From Selaginella moellendorffii (lineage: Eukaryota > Plantae > Lycopodiophyta): DNA of 64,000 nt. Below, piece after piece: positions 48,513-61,399 of the stretch (position 1 is its first letter; every line of letters starts with the position of its first letter). The stretch covers positions 93,072 through 157,071 of the forward strand of contig NW_003314423.1 in NCBI RefSeq assembly GCF_000143415.4, given 5' to 3'. A program made the position numbers and the translations under genes. The notes below the pieces were generated by a model, which was not told the DNA's origin, searched no databases, and saw nothing but the letters and a program-made list of their open reading frames with translations.

Positions 48513-48765
48513 NNNNNNNNNNNNNNNNNNNNNNNNNNNNNNNNNNNNNNNNNNNNNNNNNNNNNNNNNNNNNNNNNNNNNNNNNNNNNNNNNNNNNNNN
48601 NNNNNNNNNNNNNNNNNNNNNNNNNNNNNNNNNNNNNNNNNNNNNNNNNNNNNNNNNNNNNNNNNNNNNNNNNNNNNNNNNNNNNNNNNNNNNNNNNNNN
48701 NNNNNNNNNNNNNNNNNNNNNNNNNNNNNNNNNNNNNNNNNNNNNNNNNNNNNNNNNNNNNNNNN
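48513..48765. other. Assembly gap
   Basis: N run. Confidence 1.
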
Positions 48766-49001
48766 TAACGTAGCTACTGAATAGTTATATTACTATTGCA
48801 GTAAAATTAATGGCATGCATTGGAAATTGGGATTAAAGCAGTAACAAAAAATATGGATTTTGTCACACATGATGACATTTTGACACTTCTATGACAATAC
48901 AAGTTTACTTCTTCTTTTAAACAAAGAAACTCCGTTATATCACTCACCACTATAGTGTTCAGAAAATGCTAATAATATCACAATACAATTATATAAATAG
49001 A

Positions 49002-49034
<33 letters not shown>

Positions 49035-50166
49035 GAAACAAAACATTCTTGAGGATATCTTAGAATATCATTATTTTTAATATCTTTATAAATAATAATA
49101 ATGTTATAAATCATTTTTAGTATTCAATATTAGCATTTTCCACAAAATCCATGTTATATGTTCTTTCTATATTTCATTCTATAGTATTATAATCTATTTA
49201 TTTTATATTAATCTTATATTTTAGGTCAAGTTCAAAAAGAATTTTACATGATTTTCTTAAACATTCTAAGTCCACTTACAATATCAATATATTCCCACCT
49301 TTATAAAATATATGCATAAAAATAAAATTCACAAAAGAAATCAAATGATACTTCCAGAGGTGTTGGATTTGGGACTTTTGGACAAGGGAAATGGTGATTT
49401 ACCAAGACTTGATATATGGGAATATCCCTATACCCATGATCTTCAAGACAGTGCTCCACACAAAGGAAGCCTTTAGTTCAAACTATGGATTTTGATAAAG
49501 TATGGTACCTACAAAAATGGCCCCAAAATTCCAAAATTCCAAGCAAGGACCTCAAGAAATTGACCACACAATACAAGAGAAGTTCCTGAATGTTGGAGAC
49601 TATCCTGGAATAGAAAAAAAAAACTTCTTTAGACAATCACTGTTCTGTGAGGTGACCAAAAAGCCGAAAAGAAGTGCATTGAGGATGATCTTTGATCAAC
49701 AGGTTCTGTGAAGAACCAGCAGCAGCTGTGGTTGTGACACCTCCGTAACCTCAGCATCTGCCACCACCGCTGCAGTACCAGCAAGTAGCCTTTCGACCAT
49801 ACTGTCCGTATGATCCATTCGTCTCATAAACATAAGCTTTTATCACCTTTTAGGGCGCGCGTTTGTTCTGACTGTGTGATCTCACAGGTTGAAGATGATT
49901 ATGTGCACGAGATTCTAGCGGCAAAAGCTGTATGAGATCCCCATCTATGCAGGAGAACAAGGTAAAAACAAAGAAAAACTCGATCAGTTTTTGTTCCTCA
50001 TTCGTTTGCTTTTCTTCCATGCAGGCGCCCCAAAGTTCTCACAATCGATCTTCAACACTAGATCCCATGGTGAAAACTCTTAATTTGTTTCCAACCAAAG
50101 ACTTTTAATTCTTCTCCAAATTTACAACACTACGTTACAATAAACTTGAGCTTACTTCACATGCGC

Positions 50167-50900
50167 TTAGAAGAAGTCTATGAGTGGAGCTATGAGCAAT
50201 AAAATGTATAGTGCCGCTGTGAACCACATTGTGCCAATCTGGACCCATTTTGAAGGCTAGCCAATGTCGATAGCATCCTTGTCTCCGGTCCAGTGAGCAA
50301 CATAGCCGAGTACATGCTCGCAAGAGATAAAAGAATGAGTAGATGTACGTGACAGGATGGTGCTGGGACGGCTTCTTTGCTTCGTGGAAGTCGTGCTCAG
50401 ATCCAGTGCTGCTTAGTTTGTTGCTGTTTTTGAAATCTCTCCTTGAGAGCAAAGGTTGCAAAGGAGCTTCTGGAAGAAGAATTGAGTAGAAAAACTCACA
50501 AAGTCGCTCTAATGTTACCTTCCTTGCGAGGAGGAGCTGGCAGAGACAGAAAAGTGGTCAAAGAGTCCGCAGAATATATCACGGAGATAAGCGTGGTGGC
50601 CACTCCAATTCAATTGTAGTCTCACGGCTCACTTGACAATGCATTGTAGCAGTAGAGCAGGTAGCATTCAGCTGGAACAAATACAAAAAATCATTCATAC
50701 TCAACAGAGAAAACGTCGTTACCTGAGGATGCACGAAGATAGCAGAAAAAGAGATGCTAAGAGATAGCGAGCTCGTGATAAAGAAGAGATTGAGCTTGCA
50801 ATCTTGATAAGCAGGATTGAACCACTTACACAGATATCCCAAGACAAAAAAAGTCGCGATGTAGCACACTAAGGACACAGCAAGCAAGGCATTATACATG
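50167..50900 (-). pseudogene. Captured fragment of a Serinc (TMS/TDE membrane protein) gene
   Basis: ALLAVSLVCYIATF...WFNPAYQDCKLNLFFI, PVTYIYSFFY, LASMYSAMLLTG, WVQIGTMWFTAALY..LIAPLI; frameshifted, introns retained. Confidence 0.8.
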
Positions 50901-51854
50901 TGAAGTGTGCATCTTGTTCTATGTATAAAACTTCAGTACAAGTTCAAGTTCATTCAAATTGTACAACTTGAAGAATCTTCTGGAGCTCTAGCTGCTTGAT
51001 TCACACAGGATGGGCTCAATAGAAACCAGAACGTTTTTTATTCCATGAGACCAGGAGCACTGCAGCTTGGAATAGTTCCTGGTTCCCAATGTAGCCACTA
51101 AGAATAAGGATAAGGGAACACCATTTGTGAGATTTGTCAGCAGGTAATGTCATCCACACTAAATTTTTTGATTTTTTTATCAATACAGAATTTATTCGAT
51201 CAACTTACAAAATTTCCTTGTCATGCTCGCTCGATGTTGTTGATATTGCATGGAGTTATGCATCCAAGTCGACTGTGAGAATTCCTCATCCCTTGCTGAC
51301 CATGGCAAACTTTCTCAAGTCAGAGTTCTCCTTCTCCTACCCAGCTGTAAGTTCCATGGCACAAGGCTCCTGGCTGCCATGAAATCAAAGATGTGCTTAG
51401 GTTGTGTTCTTTGCTCTCCACACACGGACATTGAGAGACTCAGCACTGGTTGGGCGAGTCCCATTTCTATAAGAATGGAACAAGCTCAAAACCTGTTTTT
51501 TCATGTTCAGTAGATTCTATTTTTGCCCTGCTGGGATTATATTGATGGAGGCTTTATGGAGTGATCCTTGTGATGGTGGTGGGCAGGAGAAAGACGAGGC
51601 TGGGAATCCTGAAATCCCATGCTCTTGTTGCAGCAGGTTGAAGGTAGGGACTGTTCTAAGCAATTCTGGCTCTTCCTCATTTATTTTTCTCTCTTTTGTG
51701 TTTGGTAGTATGCTCATCAAAAGTGTGTGCAGCACTGGTGCAACTAAAAAGAGGACACCATCTGCAAGATTTGTCTGCAGGTACATCATTTACAACTTAC
51801 AATTTGCTTACCTTCCTTATGTTTGCTGATTTCAATCATTCTTTAGTTTTAAAT

Positions 51855-52645
51855 GCAGCCAAGGTAGAGCTCCATTCCTGAGAGTTATGACACAACACTT
51901 AAGAACTTAACTGCAAATGTGGATTTCCGCACAAGGGTCACCAACCTGTCGCTGCTTCCATCGCTGCATGATGTTTGTGGTCATGAGAAAAAAACAAAAG
52001 CTGCAGAAGGCACAGCTTAGAATCAAAGCTGTAAGTCTCAGTAGCAACTGGTAGTAGTAACAAGGTAAGAAACTTTGTTGTTTAGGCCGGCTGAGATTTC
52101 TAAGCAAGTTTCTGGCTTACCATGCTTGTGTTCTATGATTCTTATGATCATTTTTTCATTTTTTTTTCTTTTTCTTGGTGTTTGGTGCCTCACCTCTGTT
52201 TTGCAGCTTTTTAAATGCTACACAGCACCAATCCAGTTTCATGCCACTCCTATTGCTCTCTCCCTAATGACCACTCGAGGTATGTGTACTTTTTCTTTTC
52301 CTTGACATGCTTACTCAGATTCTTCATTGTTTAGTTTATAATTTTTTTTTTATAGTGCTGCTTTTTCATTAAGCAATTTCTGTGAAGCTGAGGTAGAGCT
52401 CCATTCCTAAGAATTGTGCTTAAGAACTTTCATAGAAGGGTCACTAAACTGTCACTACCACCATCACTGCATGATATCTGTGATTTTGTGGCTCAAACTT
52501 GTCATGAGAAAAACCAGTTAGTGCAGTAAAGAAATGACTAAAAAAGGCATGAAGGAATTGCAAACCTGGTAAAGCTGTATAATACATAGATTGGAATCAA
52601 AGCTGTAAGCCTTGGTAGCAACCAATAAAAATAAACATGCTAAGA
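51855..52645. repeat. Diverged ~230-bp direct duplication near the Helitron 3' end
   Basis: aggtagagctccattcct...cttaagaactt...aagggtcac...gtcatgagaaaaa...aatcaaagctgtaag at ~51860 and ~52390. Confidence 0.75.
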
Positions 52646-54379
52646 AAAAGAAATAGTTTAAACAATTATAGTTACAAATACATCTTTTCAAATTGAAAAT
52701 ATTCTCTACTACTCCCAGCGGAGCTGGGATCCCTACTAGTGTGGAATTATTGGTAAAACAATATTCCTATAATATCCAGGAATAATTATTTCATCATAAT
52801 TTTAAGTAAGATATATTTATCCATTAACTTTCTTCTAAACTTCAGATTTTAGAAAAAAAGCTGAAGTACTTTTGAAACATCAAGAAATTAAAAGTAAAAT
52901 TAAATTTTTATTCACATTTTGCTTCTGAACCAGTGTGTGTGTTTTGTGATTGAGGGTTCAGAGATGCTGTGGCTTTTATAAGCAAAATATGATAGAATAC
53001 CAGCCTTAGCCAGATGCCATATTGATGCCTATATGACACATAATATTCACTGTCTCAGAGGGTTAATGAAAGAAATGCTTTTGCTCGAGGCACAGGCCGA
53101 TGTGTCCCACTGAAATGAGAAGTTGTTCAACCATTGACAAAAAAAATGCTTAATCTAGACATACCATCTTAAGTTGAAACACTTTTATATTCTCCAGTGC
53201 TATGTTTGAAACACTTTACATTGTTATGCATTTGCGATATTTTATTGAAATCTTGAATGCTGGAGGAACAATTTGAGCACACACCTGTGCATGCAATGAT
53301 ATAATCAAGCATATTCTAGGATGGTACATTTCTTGGTGGATAATGCATATGAAACATTCATCAATCAAACACAACCTTTCTACACTCACAGCTGTGAGCA
53401 TCTATTTGAGCAGCAACTTTTAATATTGGATGGTTTGTGAAAAGCTAAACTGTGGAGTGTGCACAGTCTGTAACAAGTTGACAGAGTTTAAATGTGGAAT
53501 ATTTAAATTTTATGTTCTAAGATTCTATTATTGGTAAAAAAAATATTCCTATAATATCCAGGCATAACTATTTAATCATAATTGTTATTTATCCATTAAC
53601 TTTCTTCTAAACTTCAGATTATAGAAAAAAACCTGAAGTACTCTTGAAAAAATCAAGAAATTAAAAGTAAAATATATTCTCATTCATATATTGCTTCCGA
53701 AGTAGTGCATGTGTTTTGTGATTGAGGGTTCAGTGATGCTGTGGCTTTTATAAGCAAAATATGATAAAATACCAGCCTTCAGCCAGATGCCATATTGATG
53801 CCTATATGACACATAATATTCACTGTTCAAGGGGTTAATGAAAGAAATGCTTTTGCTCGAGGCACAGACCGATGGGTCCCACTGAAATGATAAGTTGTTC
53901 AACCATTGATAAGAAAATGCTTAAATCTCCCATAGGTCACGAAAACTCACCACCAAGAAATGTTTTAACCTTACCATCCTAGAATATGCCTGATTATGGT
54001 TTGTGAAAAGCTAAACTACAAAATTGATTAAAAAATTGTAACTATATAAAGAATATTCTAAGAATATTCTAAGCTGTTTCGTTTTCCAAATAATAATTAG
54101 TTAATGTGTTTTGAATCCTGTTGTGCCTCATAGGATGAAAACATATTAATGAAAAAAAAACATTAATATTCATATATGAAAGATAACTTCAAAGTAAACA
54201 TGACACTCAATCAAAGTGTGATTATCTTATATTTTTATTGTGTTAAATTAAGTATTTTCTCAACCCAAAGAAATAGAATAATTTTACTCTTAGAATTTTA
54301 GGAACTAAACCTTTATAAAAATAAATCTCAAGATGGCTAAACAGGTATTTTCTTTCTTTGGGAAGTTTGCTCCTAGTGC

Positions 54380-55480
54380 CAATGGTAAGCCAGCCGTTCC
54401 GGAGAGACGGTCAACTTAAACTTCCTTTGCTGGAAGACGTTCTGTGGCACAATCACTTCCTCTTGCGACAAGCCTCTTGCGGCAAGCCTGCACGGTCACA
54501 AAGCAAAAGCTATTGAGAAAACATGAAAGTTTCCAGGGACATACCTGGAACTTCGACACGAAGAATGTGGTGATGCTTGTCATCCTGCCTTGAGATGTTT
54601 GCTCGTGGCTGCAGCAGAAAAGGAAAAGAAATTAATAGAGGTAAAAGAAAAAAAACAAAATTCTCGTGTCCAGCTCGGCCTCGTCACGGTCCTCAATTGG
54701 CACTGTCGAGGTTGTCCCTTCGAGCGCAGCGGCCCCCTTGGGAAGGCGAATGGTGAGAATCTCATCCTGCAGATTAGCTATTAAACCGTCGACGTTGGTG
54801 TAGGGAGGAACGGCAAGCTTCTCAGGGCGGTAAACGTCCATCTCCGTGGAAACAAGCACACCCCGTCCATGTTTTTCAACATGCACTTGATCCAGAGACG
54901 AGAGACCTGTACAATAGTACGCAAGAGAAAAAAAACATGAGACAACGTCGTCTGCAGTTGACTTACCCGGCACTTGCACATCGACAGTGTAGAACTGCTG
55001 GTTCTCGAAGGACGACCACAATAGCTTGCGCTCGTCATATCCTGCACGCCACAGAGAAAAAGAATAAAAAACTCCAGGCAGGATCAAAGCCATACCTTTA
55101 TCAACGTGCTTGAGGCAGTTTAGCAGCAGCTGATAAGCATGTTTCTTCTCAAAGTTGTAGAGAGCAACTAGACCGTCGTGATCAGGGAACTGCGGCAGCC
55201 CCCCCGGCATCAGCCACCTCCTGCACCAACTCGAGGCTCCTGGCACACATCGTCAAGGAAGCGTTGGAGAAGAAATCAGTGCATGGAACGACCGCGGATG
55301 TCTAGGCGGAGCATCACCATCCACAGAAACTCTCCAAACTCGTTGTAGGCTTCTTGGGTGGGTGGTTTGCTCACCTGAGAGACATTCCTGCCTTCGCTGC
55401 TGCTCGTACTCCTACTCACGATTGCTGTGTGGATGCCACTCCTACTCCTAGTCGCTGTTGTTGTGTGAATCAGCCACCTG
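54380..55480 (-). pseudogene. Second copy of the HSP20-domain fusion gene, with an internal deletion
   Basis: Near-identical to 36390-37300. About 570 bp (equivalent to ~37303-37875) is missing at the junction near 55295. Confidence 0.8.
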
Positions 55481-55806
55481 AACATATTCTAGGGCTTGGC
55501 TTGCTTGCTATATGACTCTACTCAGGAGTTGATATTGTAGAACCAAAGCTTACTTAACTGGGACAGAACGAAGAAATTGTCATTGTTTTGGGAGTCGATT
55601 CCTCTATTACCAAAATTCAGTATTTTGAGGGGTAAGGGATAGGATCCTCTTGGTATTAAGTCGCTAGGCTCTCATTTCTCAGTACGTAACTCTTTCAAGT
55701 TTCATACAGGTACTGGACCTGCTTGTGTCGACGCAGTTGCACTACTGCAGTAAGTTGCCCGAGCTCTCAATCGCAAGGACAACAAGCGGTTCCACTCGTG
55801 GAAGCT

Positions 55807-55906
55807 NNNNNNNNNNNNNNNNNNNNNNNNNNNNNNNNNNNNNNNNNNNNNNNNNNNNNNNNNNNNNNNNNNNNNNNNNNNNNNNNNNNNNNNNNNNNNN
55901 NNNNNN
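55807..55906. other. Assembly gap
   Basis: 100-N run. Confidence 1.
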
Positions 55907-56389
55907 CATGGCAGGAGTGGAATTTATCATCCAAGGCGGCATTCACTAGTTTGATCGTTCACTAGCTTGATCATAATTTTGTAACGAGCAAAGAGATAAA
56001 TATATCTCAACTGATAATGACGTCTCACAGCTCAATGTGATGGTGAGTGTGCTTTGCAGGGTGATCATGGGCTCCATGGTTGTCTTTGCTAATTTCTTCT
56101 TGGTTGAGGATGTGTTGCAAGCATGCTGTTTATCACAGCACGGTGATGGTGACTTTAATTTCTAGGCCAGAACTAAAGCAGAAGGTTTAATCAAGTTACT
56201 GAAAAAAAGGTTATTATATCAGGGCACAAACTTGAGGTTTAGTTTATTTTAAGTTTGAAAAAAGAGTTTTTAGAGATGAAAGATCAAATATATAAATCAT
56301 CTTTTCCTCTCCAAAAAACTATAATGAGGTGTAATGTCATTGCTCATCTTCACATCATGTAATAAAAAATCTTTACTTCGATGCATGTT

Positions 56390-57060
56390 AGTTATGGTAG
56401 GAGTAGTATGCTATGGAATGGGTAGTGATGAAGAGCTAAACCATTTTGTTTAGACTTGGGTTGTAATGCTTAATTCTTTTTTAGGGAACTACCTTGGTTT
56501 TTGATTAATTTTGAATTTGGTTGGAAAAAGAGTGGTATGAGTTTATTTATATTGTAAATAATGCTAGTGGTGTTAATATTGTAATATATGATATTGAAAT
56601 CACAATAATTTTATCATTAATTACAAGGAAAGCCATACTATAAAGATTTACACTAGTATAATATAATAACTTTAATCAACAAAATGCAACATAAATGCCA
56701 CACTTCATTAATAAAGATTTTGATAATATGTTTACAAAGTTGATTGTTTTACAAAGTTACAAACGATGATCAACCTTAAAATGGTTGATAGCGATGCTAG
56801 TTTACTTACTTGTTAAGTAGTAATATTGTAGTAACTTTGATTGGATTATCAAAGATGATCTATTATGCTAAGTTAGTGTTAGTACTTTGGTTCTTTGAGA
56901 ATTTGCCTATTAAGGTTTTGGAAAAATTATAACATTCAATTGTTATAACTTGTAAATAAATTTTTTGATACCTAAATTCATTGGTACTTTGGTTTTATGA
57001 AAGTTTACTTATTAAAGTTTTGGAAAAGTTATAACATTCATTTGCTATAACTTGTGTTAG
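56390..57060 (+). mobile_element. Decayed homolog of the LARD internal region (~24160-24750)
   Basis: ctaaaccattttgt, gacttgggttg, aaagagtggtatgag, gatgatcaacc..aa.tggttgat and tatgctaag are colinear with the young element. Confidence 0.75.
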
Positions 57061-57189
57061 GTGTTAGCTTTGACCACATGATGAAGTTGCTGATGAAATT
57101 ACAAAGGTTTGAACTATTCAAAATGTTATCTATAAGTTGTGAGCTTTTAATTAAAATTAGTAAGAGATGAAAGATGAGATGCATAATAT

Positions 57190-59400
57190 GATGGATACCA
57201 TACATGACATGGTGGCGCTCTAAGTAAAACTTCTTTAGTGGATTGACTTAAGATTCCAATTTTTTTTCCAGTGATGATGGTGTGGATGAGTCTCTAGCTT
57301 GGCTAGGTAATATGAAGAAGTTTTTGCCTGCTAGGGGAACTCCAAATGTAAAGGCTTTAGTGGCTATTCTAGTGGTTTTACATGATGTGAGTCTTTACTA
57401 ATGGAATTAGCTTAAGAAGTCTCGTGTTGTGGATAAGAAACCATTAGTGTCTACCATGGATGAGTTTGAGGCTACTTTTTATTTATGTTTGCCCCTCATT
57501 ATGATATGGAGAATGCTCATAGGGAATATCGAGATTTCTAGCAAAGGAAAATGACACTTAGGGATTATATTGAGAAGTTTACTCACTTCATTAGTCATAT
57601 TCCAAAAAAGGATCCAAATCAGAATAAATTCTACTTCATTAATGACTTTTATAGTAAGAGCATATGGTAGCATTTACATCATTCTTAGCCTACAAAGAGT
57701 TTGGAGGAGTTTTTTGATGTGGCTTATCGGCATGACAATGACAAGCATAAGTCTTATAAGCATTCGAGGAGTCCTTTTATTGAGAATCATTGTGATTATT
57801 GATAACTTTTAATAAAGAACTTTTGCTTACTCTTTACATTCGAAGTAGTCACCACATACTTCAGTTTATGATGTTTGTTCACATCCTTGTGTCCATGTTG
57901 GAGCCAAGGACAAGCCCCATTTACTGACATCAATTTCAGCTAAGCTATATAGAGGAATAATAAATTCAATGAAAACTAAAGAAGTTACTTGACTTTCATA
58001 GTGCACCTTATTTCTATCCTTTTAATGTCCTCATTGACCCCTATTGAGCCAAGGGGAACTAGCACCTCCATTTGTGCACTCAATTTACCAATCCTTCCAT
58101 TGTGTAGACCAGCTATTCCATGTGAGATTCCATGTGAGACAACTAATCATCCACCCGTACCGCAGTCTTACTGTAGAGACCTTTGTCCGTGCCTTTCATT
58201 GTGTAGACCAGCTATTCCATGTGAGATTCCATGTGAGTCATCCACCCATACTGCAGTCCTACTGTAGAGACCTTCGTCCGTGCCTTTAATTGTGTAGACC
58301 AGCTATTCCATGTGAGATTCCATGTGAGACAACTAGTTATCTACCCGTACCGCAGTCCTATTGTAGAGACCTTCGTCCGTGCCTTCCATTGTGTAGACCA
58401 GCTATTCCATGTGAGATTCCATGTGAGACAACTAGTCATTCAGCCGTACCGCAGTCCTATTATAGATACATTCGTCTGTGGATACTCCACACAAGAGGAT
58501 GTAGACCAGCTATTCCATATGATGCAACTAGTCATCCACCCGTACTGTAGTCCTATGGTGGATACCTTTGTCGGTGGATACTCCACACAAGAGGAAGGGC
58601 ATACGCATGGATGTCCAATACGTACAATTTCAAATTTAGGGGTAGGAATATACTTTGCTTAAGGGTATATTATATTTTTAAGTAGCCACTAATCAATGAG
58701 AATTGAACCTGTGTCATTTGCTTCAATACCACATGTAGCACATCTTATCTCTCTCCCTTTAAGACAACTAAAAAAATGGTAATTGTTTGATGAGAGAGCC
58801 TTTAGTGGCTATTTTATCCCCATTTATCCCCTAAAGTTCCAAGGATCCACAGTGACAGTATATCTAAATCTCATCCTATAATCAAATGTGCTACACTTTG
58901 GATTTGGTGCACTAGTCTTGCTTGTGAAAAAGAAGGATGGTTTAATGTAGATGTATATTGATTACCGTGTCTTGAAGAAAAAGATGGTGAAAGATAAGAT
59001 ATAGATGCTACATTTAAATAATATCTTAAACAAGCTTGGTGAAGCATAAGTGTTTACTAAGATTGGCATAAGGAGTGTATATCATCAAATTGCAATAGAC
59101 GAAGTGTATATTTCCAAAACAACATTCAATATGTTATGCTGTTTGGTCTGACAAATGCATCAGTCACATTTACTTGGTTGATGATAAAGGTGTTTAGGCA
59201 TTTTTTTCATGAGTTTGTGGAAATTTTTTTTAGTAAGAATATGGAGGAGCATAAGGTTTCTTTATTACTATATAACAACAACTTTTATATGAAGAAGAAT
59301 AAATATAGATTTTCAAAGTCAGAGGTGGAGTATCTAAGTGTAAACAACCAAAGAGAAAGACTTGAGGTGTAGTCCATTGGGTTCAAATATAAAGCCATGA
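57190..59400 (+). mobile_element. Decayed Ty3/Gypsy gag-pol relic
   Basis: Gag-like LKIPIF..DDGVDESLAWL. RT motifs LVLLVKKKDG..MYIDYRVL, FTKI.IRSVYHQI and MLFGLTNASVTF..LM.KVF. Many stops. Confidence 0.8.
58090..58600 (+). repeat. ~99-bp tandem repeat, ~5 units
   Basis: Units begin tgtgtagaccagctattccatgtgagattccatgtgag at 58101, 58200, 58291 and 58390, with a degenerate unit at ~58499. Confidence 0.92.
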
Positions 59401-59787
59401 ATAAAAGTGCACTTTTTTTTCCAATTAATTAAAGGTTTTGAAATACTTGGGTTAATTTAAATAGTATTGGGTTGGGTGACCTCATGGGAAGTCTAAATTC
59501 ATGAGTTTACATTTGATATTAAAGAGGTCTCAAGTCTAACTTGATTGGTTGGTTAGTGGAATCACACTATATGTTAAAATTGACATCTGGTAGGTCTAGT
59601 TTGGGTAAGGTGTTAAGAGAGTGAGGCTTTCAACTTCCATTCATGAGGGCATGAACTTGTAAAGAAGAATATTGAATTGTAAAAAACCAAAAAGAATGAC
59701 TCAAGAAACAATCCATTAAATTTAAATATAAAAAGAAAAGGCCTATAAACTATTGTAACTATGGACATCTTAAAAGAGAGAGAGACA

Positions 59788-59945
59788 ACTCTTACTCTTG
59801 CTCCTACTCTACTCCTACTCCCGCTCCTACTCTACTCCTACTCCCACTTTGCTCCTACTTTGCTCCTACTCTTGCTCCTGCTTTGCTCCTACTTTTGCTC
59901 CTGCTCCTACCCCTACTCCTACACCAGTTCCTACTACTCCCCTAT
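59788..59945. repeat. Degenerate hexanucleotide repeat (CTCCTA/CTCTTG)n
   Basis: About 25 hexamer units. Confidence 0.9.
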
Positions 59946-61399
59946 TGCAACCATATCTTGAGAGAGAGAATATTTCAATTTTTAGAATATTCTAAATAGT
60001 TGTATAAAAATTCCGCGAGGGTGAAATATCAATCTGTGTTTTATGTCTTAAGCTAGAGCATGGAGAGAGAGAGCTTAGGACATGAGCAAAGCCACAGAGA
60101 GGAGGAGGATTGAGATGTTATACCTCAACATAGTGAACCCAACATGACATCTACCTTTTTTCTTTCTAGAGTATTTCTTGATTGATAAAAATGATCCACA
60201 TGGTTTGGAGTGGAGATTTTGAAGAGGGATAGGCTAGGAGAGTAAGAATTACCCCATAGAGAGATTTCTAAGTGTGGGAGTGAAATTTCATCTTCTCGAA
60301 GCTATGGCGTGTAGTGCATGTTGCTAGTCATATTTTCTCCCCTGTCTTGGATCCATTTGAGGCGCTCTTTCTTTGAGTGTGTAGATCTTGAGCTCCTCTT
60401 TCCAAAAAGCATAGGAATTTATGATTTGGTGGAGAGATGAAAGAGTTCTAGCCATTTTTCTTTCAGTTTTTATTTCTCTTCTTACATATATATTTTTCCC
60501 TCTAAGCTCAAATCTTGGGGAGAAATTGTACCAATTTGTTTAATGGACTCCTAGATCTTGCTAAGAGCTATCCAAGGAGTGGTTTCTTGGAGGCCAATTT
60601 GTTAAGAGCCACGACATGCATGCATTTTTCTTTTAGTGCACAGACACAATTCAATGTGGAAGTTTTGCATGGTGAGAACTCTCTCCATTTTATGCATTCT
60701 TGTAAAATCTTGCTTCTAAGTGATCTTAAAACATGAACACAACTACCCATCATCCAAATTTATGCATTTCCATTGTTTCTTGCCAATCATGCTTTAGTTT
60801 CTTTCTTTCACTATTATTTGTTGTGTCGTACACACCTTGCTTTGATATTTCTTTTGAGTCACAACTTTGATATTTTCATAGAGTTTTAAGCCAAATCTAA
60901 GTCATTTTATCTAGCGCTGTGTGATGAATGAAGTTGTATACCTCTCTAGCACATAAAGTTTTTGCCTTTCTCACAGTTTCTTACATTAAGATTGTAGATC
61001 CTTTTGTGATCTATCATTCCCAAGTTGAATCATTCATTTTGGTGCACAATTCTATGAGATGGTATTATTTTCCCTAGCTTTCACCCTTGTTCAGTGCGGT
61101 CATTATTACTGATTATTCTCCCAGTTTTACACCTTGGTTTTTGCAAATCTTTTGTGTGAAGAAGACAACCTAACTTTTTAGGCCGACATCGAGCCACTTT
61201 CCAGACAATTCCATCCATCATAACAACAGTTCTTAGCAAAAAAACACAACTCTTGTTTCTTTTAGAGATATCTCAACATTTTCACACCTCTTAGAGTTTT
61301 ATTTTTAGAGTTTGCAACATTCATGACCATTTATTTTGGTTGTGAGCTTTGTTTAGGGCGTTTGGGGATGATTCAACTTGCTAGATTAGGTGTATCACT

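Larger units (their letters stand above)
44909..52739 (+). mobile_element. Non-autonomous gene-capturing Helitron (~7.8 kb including an N gap)
   Basis: 5' A|TCATACT at 44909. 3' hairpin TCCCAGC-GGA-GCTGGGA (52713-52729), then CTAG|T ending at 52739. No TSD. Joined flanks give gagtttaaa|tgtggaat, found uninterrupted in the paralogous repeat at 53484. Confidence 0.85.

Noticed and set aside
48483-48784. ORFs of X residues (also 55723-55965)
   Set aside because: Artefacts of N gaps.
44909-52739. Pack-MULE or CACTA as carrier of the gene fragments
   Set aside because: No terminal inverted repeats or TSD; the ends and empty site fit a Helitron.
58090-58600. CRISPR-like array
   Set aside because: Entire units repeat with no unique spacers; no cas genes; eukaryotic retroelement context.
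59761-59995. Leu-rich and Ser-Tyr/Pro-Thr ORFs resembling membrane or extensin peptides
   Set aside because: Translations of a hexamer microsatellite.
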